Assembly (NCBI GenBank): GCA_000004985.1
Contig: GG739067.1
Strand: one strand, 5' to 3'
Length of the DNA: 8,492 nt
Source: Naegleria gruberi
Lineage: Eukaryota
Part shown: piece by piece, positions 1-7,653 of the stretch
Position numbering within the stretch: the first letter of the stretch is position 1
Layout: every line of letters starts with the position of its first letter
Translations under genes and position numbers: made by a program
Notes under the pieces: model-generated
Told to the model about the DNA's origin: nothing
What the model saw: only the letters and a program-made list of their open reading frames with translations
The model's database searches: none

Positions 1-866
1 TTAACGAAAAAATATCCAATCCATACATTGCAAAAGACAACAGAAATCAATTCACAGAGGAAGTGGTTGTGAAGAAAGTGTATGACACACCAGAGACTGA
101 GGATTTCCATGAGTCTAACAAGCTCCTTCAAAAGTTGGATCATTCTAATATTATCAAGTATTTGGATCATGGAAAGTTTGATTCTCCTGAGACTGGAGAA
201 TTTTTATACATCGTCACTGAAAAAGGAGATGAAGACTTGGCTAGATACTTAAAAGAAAGACAAACTAATCATGCAAATGACAATTTACAGGAAATGTTAG
301 AGATTTTCGTACAATTGGTAAGAGGAGTGGCGTTCATTCACTCTCAGAATATTTATCACAGAGATATAAAACCAGCCAATGTGGTAGTTAGGAAAAACGA
401 TTGGAAAATAATTGACTTTGAGGATTATGCTAAAACCGATACTCAAGATGAATCAATCTCAGCACAAAAGGTCGGGACTGAGTACTATATGGCTCCTCAA
501 ATATGTATTCGTGGATGTAAGGATCGTATTTTGGGAAATTCTCTTGATAGTTATAGTTTGGGATGCACCCTTCTTGAAATGATCACAGATTCTTCATCTT
601 TAACATTAAATGGGAATACTCTTGCTTATAATTTAGTTAAAAACGAAGAGAGTGATGTTCATAATCATATCAGAAAAGTTATTGGTGAAAAAGTGGCCAT
701 GAGCAAACAATCTTGTGGTGATTTGGTTTGTAATTTAATTCAAAAATCTGCTGCAAAGAGATTGACTGCAAGATGTGTGTTAGTTAGTGTGGATAAGATT
801 TTACAAGAAATTTCAGTAATGAAAAATCCAACAAGAAGCAGAAGGGGGAAATGTATGGTACAATAA
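1..866 (+). CDS. Ser/Thr protein kinase catalytic domain, 5'-partial (continues upstream of the window). Atypical motifs: DFE for DFG, APQ for APE, G-loop region lacks glycines.
   Basis: The frame is open from the first base (first full codon at 3) to the TAA at 864-866. The ORF track's GTG start at 63 is a bacterial-table artefact. Motifs in order are EEVVVKKV (beta3 VAxKK-like), FHESNKLLQKLDHSNIIKY (alpha-C Glu), LVRGVAFIHSQNIYHRDIKPANVVV (catalytic loop HRDxKPxN, Ser/Thr-type), IIDFEDYAK (DFG position), GTEYYMAPQ (APE position), DSYSLGCTLLEM (subdomain IX) and DLVCNLIQKSAAKRLTA (subdomain XI). Reading upstream of 63, the residues NEKISNPYIAKDNRNQFTEE align in a CDK-like spacing with beta1-beta2 but contain no glycine. 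A possible acceptor (ttcacag at 52-58) means the exon could instead start at about 59. Confidence 0.8.
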   Translation, partial: NEKISNPYIAKDNRNQFTEEVVVKKVYDTPETEDFHESNKLLQKLDHSNIIKYLDHGKFDSPETGEFLYIVTEKGDEDLARYLKERQTNHANDNLQEMLEIFVQLVRGVAFIHSQNIYHRDIKPANVVVRKNDWKIIDFEDYAKTDTQDESISAQKVGTEYYMAPQICIRGCKDRILGNSLDSYSLGCTLLEMITDSSSLTLNGNTLAYNLVKNEESDVHNHIRKVIGEKVAMSKQSCGDLVCNLIQKSAAKRLTARCVLVSVDKILQEISVMKNPTRSRRGKCMVQ

Positions 867-869
867 ATG
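864..869 (+). terminator. Candidate poly(A) signal AATAAA overlapping the kinase stop codon
   Basis: The hexamer aataaa sits at 864-869 directly over the TAA. This would give an extremely short 3'UTR. An alternative weaker CATAAA lies at 1016-1021. Confidence 0.2.
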
Positions 870-1126
870 CTGGTAGAGAATACATCATCCAGAGAGCCAC
901 TAAGTCGTACAATCACCTTTTATTGGAATAGAGCAACTTGATGTAGTCGTGGTACAAAACATTCTGGATCCATACACAAAGGCAAAATAGTTCTCTCCTT
1001 GATGGGAAGTGAGCTCCATAAAGTTGGGTTGTATTTAAACAAGCTTATTATTAGTCTATTTTACCACTTTCTTCTTCAATTGATTAATCCAGCTCACTAA
1101 TTATGGATTCTCCACTCAACATAGCA

Positions 1127-1132
1127 TTCATT
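1127..1132 (-). terminator. Candidate variant poly(A) signal (AATGAA on the minus strand) for the BTB gene
   Basis: Plus-strand ttcatt at 1127-1132 is AATGAA on the minus strand, 86-91 nt downstream of the minus-strand stop at 1218-1220. No canonical AATAAA lies between 867 and 1217 on that strand. Confidence 0.2.
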
Positions 1133-1217
1133 ATGAGATTACCAAAGATCAAAAGGTCTCAAACCATTCATTCACGACTTCCACACAAATCTATGAATTT
1201 AGTTTGGAATTATTTGT

Positions 1218-1705
1218 TCATTGTAATAGGCATTTGACATTTTTCAATAAAACCAATTCCTTGTAAGGAAATGTTTTCCATTGTGGGTCTTTCTTAATTT
1301 CTTTCAAATGTGAAGCAAAGGAATATAAAACCACTTTTTGTAATTGTAGAGCTTGGTAGGTTTCTGAAATTTCAAAAATAGTAAACAAGTCAATCGAGCA
1401 GTCTTTGAGAGGAGTTTCCAATTCTTCATTTACTATTGAAGCAATGTATAATTCGCATATAGAACTCAATGAACTGATCATATACTTATTCGATAGGGTT
1501 AGAAGACTTATTGCATTCTCTTCGGTCATTTCTACCTTTCCAGTACTAATATATTCCACAATTGATTTGAAATGATAATAAAACTTTTCGTCTCCTTCTG
1601 AATCATTTGTCAAGTCCACAATACAAGATTCACTCTCTGTAAAATTGCCTTCAAACATAATTTGAAAATATTCACAAGCACACGACAGAAAGTTTCTATT
1701 CGATT
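1218..1705 (-). CDS. BTB/POZ domain protein, C-terminal fragment (BTB core plus short BACK-like tail, stop codon included). Its 5' part is lost in the gap.
   Basis: The minus-strand frame is continuous from the gap edge to the TGA at 1218-1220. The translation FLSCACEYFQIMFEGNFTESESCIVDL...FYYHFKSIVEYISTGKVEMTEENAISLLTLSNKYMISSLSSICELYI matches the BTB pattern (aHkaVLaa.S.yF..mF...E.....v.L......f..ll.fiYTg.v.i...nv..ll.aA..l.i..L...C..fl). The following ~70 aa (NEELETPLKDCSIDLFTIFEISETYQALQLQKVVLYSFASHL...) resemble the start of a BACK domain. Translation ends KNVKCLLQ*. Confidence 0.8.
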
Positions 1706-4700
1706 NNNNNNNNNNNNNNNNNNNNNNNNNNNNNNNNNNNNNNNNNNNNNNNNNNNNNNNNNNNNNNNNNNNNNNNNNNNNNNNNNNNNNNNNNNNNNNN
1801 NNNNNNNNNNNNNNNNNNNNNNNNNNNNNNNNNNNNNNNNNNNNNNNNNNNNNNNNNNNNNNNNNNNNNNNNNNNNNNNNNNNNNNNNNNNNNNNNNNNN
1901 NNNNNNNNNNNNNNNNNNNNNNNNNNNNNNNNNNNNNNNNNNNNNNNNNNNNNNNNNNNNNNNNNNNNNNNNNNNNNNNNNNNNNNNNNNNNNNNNNNNN
2001 NNNNNNNNNNNNNNNNNNNNNNNNNNNNNNNNNNNNNNNNNNNNNNNNNNNNNNNNNNNNNNNNNNNNNNNNNNNNNNNNNNNNNNNNNNNNNNNNNNNN
2101 NNNNNNNNNNNNNNNNNNNNNNNNNNNNNNNNNNNNNNNNNNNNNNNNNNNNNNNNNNNNNNNNNNNNNNNNNNNNNNNNNNNNNNNNNNNNNNNNNNNN
2201 NNNNNNNNNNNNNNNNNNNNNNNNNNNNNNNNNNNNNNNNNNNNNNNNNNNNNNNNNNNNNNNNNNNNNNNNNNNNNNNNNNNNNNNNNNNNNNNNNNNN
2301 NNNNNNNNNNNNNNNNNNNNNNNNNNNNNNNNNNNNNNNNNNNNNNNNNNNNNNNNNNNNNNNNNNNNNNNNNNNNNNNNNNNNNNNNNNNNNNNNNNNN
2401 NNNNNNNNNNNNNNNNNNNNNNNNNNNNNNNNNNNNNNNNNNNNNNNNNNNNNNNNNNNNNNNNNNNNNNNNNNNNNNNNNNNNNNNNNNNNNNNNNNNN
2501 NNNNNNNNNNNNNNNNNNNNNNNNNNNNNNNNNNNNNNNNNNNNNNNNNNNNNNNNNNNNNNNNNNNNNNNNNNNNNNNNNNNNNNNNNNNNNNNNNNNN
2601 NNNNNNNNNNNNNNNNNNNNNNNNNNNNNNNNNNNNNNNNNNNNNNNNNNNNNNNNNNNNNNNNNNNNNNNNNNNNNNNNNNNNNNNNNNNNNNNNNNNN
2701 NNNNNNNNNNNNNNNNNNNNNNNNNNNNNNNNNNNNNNNNNNNNNNNNNNNNNNNNNNNNNNNNNNNNNNNNNNNNNNNNNNNNNNNNNNNNNNNNNNNN
2801 NNNNNNNNNNNNNNNNNNNNNNNNNNNNNNNNNNNNNNNNNNNNNNNNNNNNNNNNNNNNNNNNNNNNNNNNNNNNNNNNNNNNNNNNNNNNNNNNNNNN
2901 NNNNNNNNNNNNNNNNNNNNNNNNNNNNNNNNNNNNNNNNNNNNNNNNNNNNNNNNNNNNNNNNNNNNNNNNNNNNNNNNNNNNNNNNNNNNNNNNNNNN
3001 NNNNNNNNNNNNNNNNNNNNNNNNNNNNNNNNNNNNNNNNNNNNNNNNNNNNNNNNNNNNNNNNNNNNNNNNNNNNNNNNNNNNNNNNNNNNNNNNNNNN
3101 NNNNNNNNNNNNNNNNNNNNNNNNNNNNNNNNNNNNNNNNNNNNNNNNNNNNNNNNNNNNNNNNNNNNNNNNNNNNNNNNNNNNNNNNNNNNNNNNNNNN
3201 NNNNNNNNNNNNNNNNNNNNNNNNNNNNNNNNNNNNNNNNNNNNNNNNNNNNNNNNNNNNNNNNNNNNNNNNNNNNNNNNNNNNNNNNNNNNNNNNNNNN
3301 NNNNNNNNNNNNNNNNNNNNNNNNNNNNNNNNNNNNNNNNNNNNNNNNNNNNNNNNNNNNNNNNNNNNNNNNNNNNNNNNNNNNNNNNNNNNNNNNNNNN
3401 NNNNNNNNNNNNNNNNNNNNNNNNNNNNNNNNNNNNNNNNNNNNNNNNNNNNNNNNNNNNNNNNNNNNNNNNNNNNNNNNNNNNNNNNNNNNNNNNNNNN
3501 NNNNNNNNNNNNNNNNNNNNNNNNNNNNNNNNNNNNNNNNNNNNNNNNNNNNNNNNNNNNNNNNNNNNNNNNNNNNNNNNNNNNNNNNNNNNNNNNNNNN
3601 NNNNNNNNNNNNNNNNNNNNNNNNNNNNNNNNNNNNNNNNNNNNNNNNNNNNNNNNNNNNNNNNNNNNNNNNNNNNNNNNNNNNNNNNNNNNNNNNNNNN
3701 NNNNNNNNNNNNNNNNNNNNNNNNNNNNNNNNNNNNNNNNNNNNNNNNNNNNNNNNNNNNNNNNNNNNNNNNNNNNNNNNNNNNNNNNNNNNNNNNNNNN
3801 NNNNNNNNNNNNNNNNNNNNNNNNNNNNNNNNNNNNNNNNNNNNNNNNNNNNNNNNNNNNNNNNNNNNNNNNNNNNNNNNNNNNNNNNNNNNNNNNNNNN
3901 NNNNNNNNNNNNNNNNNNNNNNNNNNNNNNNNNNNNNNNNNNNNNNNNNNNNNNNNNNNNNNNNNNNNNNNNNNNNNNNNNNNNNNNNNNNNNNNNNNNN
4001 NNNNNNNNNNNNNNNNNNNNNNNNNNNNNNNNNNNNNNNNNNNNNNNNNNNNNNNNNNNNNNNNNNNNNNNNNNNNNNNNNNNNNNNNNNNNNNNNNNNN
4101 NNNNNNNNNNNNNNNNNNNNNNNNNNNNNNNNNNNNNNNNNNNNNNNNNNNNNNNNNNNNNNNNNNNNNNNNNNNNNNNNNNNNNNNNNNNNNNNNNNNN
4201 NNNNNNNNNNNNNNNNNNNNNNNNNNNNNNNNNNNNNNNNNNNNNNNNNNNNNNNNNNNNNNNNNNNNNNNNNNNNNNNNNNNNNNNNNNNNNNNNNNNN
4301 NNNNNNNNNNNNNNNNNNNNNNNNNNNNNNNNNNNNNNNNNNNNNNNNNNNNNNNNNNNNNNNNNNNNNNNNNNNNNNNNNNNNNNNNNNNNNNNNNNNN
4401 NNNNNNNNNNNNNNNNNNNNNNNNNNNNNNNNNNNNNNNNNNNNNNNNNNNNNNNNNNNNNNNNNNNNNNNNNNNNNNNNNNNNNNNNNNNNNNNNNNNN
4501 NNNNNNNNNNNNNNNNNNNNNNNNNNNNNNNNNNNNNNNNNNNNNNNNNNNNNNNNNNNNNNNNNNNNNNNNNNNNNNNNNNNNNNNNNNNNNNNNNNNN
4601 NNNNNNNNNNNNNNNNNNNNNNNNNNNNNNNNNNNNNNNNNNNNNNNNNNNNNNNNNNNNNNNNNNNNNNNNNNNNNNNNNNNNNNNNNNNNNNNNNNNN

Positions 4701-6315
4701 NNNNNNNNNNNNNNNNNNNNNNNNNNNNNNNNNNNNNNNNNNNNNNNNNNNNNNNNNNNNNNNNNNNNNNNNNNNNNNNNNNNNNNNNNNNNNNNNNNNN
4801 NNNNNNNNNNNNNNNNNNNNNNNNNNNNNNNNNNNNNNNNNNNNNNNNNNNNNNNNNNNNNNNNNNNNNNNNNNNNNNNNNNNNNNNNNNNNNNNNNNNN
4901 NNNNNNNNNNNNNNNNNNNNNNNNNNNNNNNNNNNNNNNNNNNNNNNNNNNNNNNNNNNNNNNNNNNNNNNNNNNNNNNNNNNNNNNNNNNNNNNNNNNN
5001 NNNNNNNNNNNNNNNNNNNNNNNNNNNNNNNNNNNNNNNNNNNNNNNNNNNNNNNNNNNNNNNNNNNNNNNNNNNNNNNNNNNNNNNNNNNNNNNNNNNN
5101 NNNNNNNNNNNNNNNNNNNNNNNNNNNNNNNNNNNNNNNNNNNNNNNNNNNNNNNNNNNNNNNNNNNNNNNNNNNNNNNNNNNNNNNNNNNNNNNNNNNN
5201 NNNNNNNNNNNNNNNNNNNNNNNNNNNNNNNNNNNNNNNNNNNNNNNNNNNNNNNNNNNNNNNNNNNNNNNNNNNNNNNNNNNNNNNNNNNNNNNNNNNN
5301 NNNNNNNNNNNNNNNNNNNNNNNNNNNNNNNNNNNNNNNNNNNNNNNNNNNNNNNNNNNNNNNNNNNNNNNNNNNNNNNNNNNNNNNNNNNNNNNNNNNN
5401 NNNNNNNNNNNNNNNNNNNNNNNNNNNNNNNNNNNNNNNNNNNNNNNNNNNNNNNNNNNNNNNNNNNNNNNNNNNNNNNNNNNNNNNNNNNNNNNNNNNN
5501 NNNNNNNNNNNNNNNNNNNNNNNNNNNNNNNNNNNNNNNNNNNNNNNNNNNNNNNNNNNNNNNNNNNNNNNNNNNNNNNNNNNNNNNNNNNNNNNNNNNN
5601 NNNNNNNNNNNNNNNNNNNNNNNNNNNNNNNNNNNNNNNNNNNNNNNNNNNNNNNNNNNNNNNNNNNNNNNNNNNNNNNNNNNNNNNNNNNNNNNNNNNN
5701 NNNNNNNNNNNNNNNNNNNNNNNNNNNNNNNNNNNNNNNNNNNNNNNNNNNNNNNNNNNNNNNNNNNNNNNNNNNNNNNNNNNNNNNNNNNNNNNNNNNN
5801 NNNNNNNNNNNNNNNNNNNNNNNNNNNNNNNNNNNNNNNNNNNNNNNNNNNNNNNNNNNNNNNNNNNNNNNNNNNNNNNNNNNNNNNNNNNNNNNNNNNN
5901 NNNNNNNNNNNNNNNNNNNNNNNNNNNNNNNNNNNNNNNNNNNNNNNNNNNNNNNNNNNNNNNNNNNNNNNNNNNNNNNNNNNNNNNNNNNNNNNNNNNN
6001 NNNNNNNNNNNNNNNNNNNNNNNNNNNNNNNNNNNNNNNNNNNNNNNNNNNNNNNNNNNNNNNNNNNNNNNNNNNNNNNNNNNNNNNNNNNNNNNNNNNN
6101 NNNNNNNNNNNNNNNNNNNNNNNNNNNNNNNNNNNNNNNNNNNNNNNNNNNNNNNNNNNNNNNNNNNNNNNNNNNNNNNNNNNNNNNNNNNNNNNNNNNN
6201 NNNNNNNNNNNNNNNNNNNNNNNNNNNNNNNNNNNNNNNNNNNNNNNNNNNNNNNNNNNNNNNNNNNNNNNNNNNNNNNNNNNNNNNNNNNNNNNNNNNN
6301 NNNNNNNNNNNNNNN
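1706..6315. other. Assembly or scaffold gap (4,610 N)
   Basis: An uninterrupted run of n from 1706 to 6315. The flanking sequence on both sides is minus-strand coding that runs directly into the gap. Confidence 0.99.
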
Positions 6316-7157
6316 GCCGAATCGAGAGGAGAATTAATTCTTGGAGTGATTGCTCCTGGAGGAGGTTGGAACTCAATAACAGGTCCAGAAAGTTGAACAG
6401 AAGATCTATTAGACATTGTTCCTAAAGGTGGTTGAATTGCTGATTGTAAAGAGTCTCTTCCATAAGAGCTTGTTGATTGTCTAAGTGTTGATTGAATGAT
6501 TGGTGAGTTTGAAAGTTGTGGCGAGATTGTTGGTGATGAATTATTGGAAATATTTGGTTGTAAGTTTGTTGATGGAAGCGAAGGTGCTGATGGATTAGTA
6601 CTGCCATTACTGAATGGCATGTTGTTACTGATTGGAGGAGGTGTATTGAACGTCATAGATGATCTCAATGAATTGACATCACTAGGTGTGTTGCTTGTTG
6701 TTGAAGTAATGGAAGATCTATTGGAGAAATGGAAGGATGAATTCATAGAGGTTGGTATTTGTTGTAAAGATGATGAAGATGAAGAATTGAAACCACTACT
6801 TGGTATATTAATCATTGAAGTTGATAGATTTGAATTTCCGGTAACTCCAATACCAAATGAATTATTAGGAGTCAAAGTATTGCCACCTGAAGAAGAATTT
6901 GGTATTTCCTTGTCCACAATATCGGAAACTCTTTCAAAGCACATTTTACAAATCTTTAAAGCTTGAGAAACTTGTTTAAATGTTTGTGCATTTGATTTCA
7001 ATTCCTCTGCCAAGTTATCTTCCTTCAATAATTGTCCAAGTGAAAGCATACAAGCACCATATTGCTTCAGTGCTTCACTAAAATTACGTTGTTCATCTCT
7101 TTTAATTGCTTCACTACTTTTCAATTTGATAGAGTGAATATTAAATTGATTCACCAT
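6316..7157 (-). CDS. 5' exon or N-terminal fragment of a protein with a helical (MIT-like?) N-terminal domain followed by an S/T/N/P-rich low-complexity region. It continues into the gap and may be the 5' part of the BTB gene.
   Basis: ATG at 7157-7155 on the minus strand is the first ATG after an in-frame TAA 8 codons upstream, and is preceded by A-rich ataataATG. A 280-codon open frame runs to the gap edge. Residues 1-85 (MVNQFNIHSIKLKSSEAIKRDEQRNFSEALKQYGACMLSLGQLLKEDNLAEELKSNAQTFKQVSQALKICKMCFERVSDI) are predicted to be helical with an MIT-like spacing. Residues ~86-280 (about nt 6316-6905) are S/T/N/P-rich (NSSSGGNTLTPNNSFGIG...SSSSSSLQQIPTS...FNTPPPISNNMPFSNGSTNPSAPSLPSTN...). The antisense plus-strand ORF 6496-6966 and the small minus-strand ORF 6422-6607 are by-products of this low-complexity coding. 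Confidence 0.6.
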
Positions 7158-7418
7158 TATTATGATCTGATTATATTAAAATAATTTGAAGTTTTCACAA
7201 GAGAGAGTAGCAGTATTTCTTCGGAAGAATAAAATATATCACTGTTAATAATAATGAGGATGATGGTGATGTTGTCAATGTTCCAATCGCCGATTAAAAA
7301 TATCTTTGTGTTGAGAGGGCAACAACAGTATCTTGATGTTCAGTTATTTTTTTTGAATGAAAGAACATCCGAGTTCCACTTGTCTTCCAATTAGCTATCC
7401 TCTTTTTTCGCTGTGATC

Positions 7419-7425
7419 TGATAAG
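7419..7425 (+). promoter_or_regulatory. GATA-factor motif TGATAAG (context cTGATAAGa)
   Basis: Exact WGATAR match with the extended TGATAAG form. It lies 230 bp upstream of the plus-strand ATG and 260 bp upstream of the minus-strand ATG. Confidence 0.2.
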
Positions 7426-7474
7426 AAGTTTTCTTCCTTTCAAACAATTGTATTAGAAACTTGTATCGAATCTT

Positions 7475-7490
7475 ATTTTAATATTAAAAT
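7475..7490. repeat. Perfect 16-bp palindrome ATTTTAATATTAAAAT
   Basis: Positions 7475-7482 (attttaat) are the exact reverse complement of 7483-7490 (attaaaat). It contains inverted TAAT/ATTA cores (homeodomain-type). It is AT-only and therefore of low complexity. Confidence 0.5.
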
Positions 7491-7538
7491 TTGTTGATCC
7501 GATATGCACAGTGAAAATCAAAGATGTTGTAACGTGGT

Positions 7539-7545
7539 CTTATCT
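7539..7545 (-). promoter_or_regulatory. GATA-factor motif AGATAAG (minus strand)
   Basis: Plus-strand cttatct at 7539-7545 is AGATAAG on the minus strand. This is a second WGATAR match in the divergent promoter, in the opposite orientation to the first. Confidence 0.15.
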
Positions 7546-7653
7546 TTTCCGAAAATTTCTAGAAAAAAAAACTCCCAAGTTCGTTCCACTTCAAGCATCA
7601 CAATGTAACGTCCTACAACAACAAAATAATACAGAAAAAACTAGAAGAAAAAA

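Larger units (their letters stand above)
7158..7653. promoter_or_regulatory. Divergent (bidirectional) intergenic or promoter region between the minus-strand gene starting at 7157 and the plus-strand gene starting at 7654
   Basis: 496 bp separate two head-to-head start codons. Each start has an in-frame upstream stop and A-rich context (ataataATG on minus, gaaaaaaATG on plus). The region contains T8 (7349-7356) and A9 (7562-7570) homopolymers, two GATA-type motifs and a 16-bp palindrome. Confidence 0.45.

Noticed and set aside
63-65. GTG at 63 given as the start codon of the kinase ORF
   Set aside because: The sequence is eukaryotic, so GTG is not a start. The frame is open to the window edge, and the upstream residues align with kinase beta1-beta2. 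The gene is therefore 5'-partial, not starting at 63.
316-324. Consensus-like 5' splice site tgGTAAGAg inside the kinase ORF
   Set aside because: It falls in the middle of the contiguous, well-conserved alpha-E/catalytic-loop segment (QLVRGVAFIHSQNIYHRD), so it is coding sequence rather than an exon boundary.
6496-6966. Plus-strand 156-aa ORF (MIGEFESCGEIVGDELLEIF...) and minus-strand 61-aa ORF at 6422-6607 (His/Gln-rich)
   Set aside because: Both lie antisense to, or out of frame within, the S/T/N/P-rich low-complexity coding region of the minus-strand gene. Biased codon composition removes stop codons in other frames. Neither has a recognisable domain.
1218-7157. The ORF track draws a 1,979-aa minus-strand ORF, with companion ORFs 1610-6376 (minus) and 1662-6425 (plus), running through a long stretch of X residues
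   Set aside because: The X residues are translations of the 4,610-N assembly gap. N codons can never be stops, so continuity across the gap carries no information. Only the real-sequence flanks (1218-1705 and 6316-7157) are interpretable. The ORFs at 1610-6376 and 1662-6425 are mostly gap with a few real codons at the ends.
7254-7397. Short plus-strand frame beginning atgaggatgatggtgatg (MRMMVMLSMF..., 47 codons) inside the divergent intergenic region
   Set aside because: It is below a meaningful length, has no motif, and is wrongly oriented to be an upstream ORF of the minus-strand gene. It is most likely chance. It could be a 5'UTR uORF of the plus-strand gene if transcription starts far upstream, but nothing supports that.
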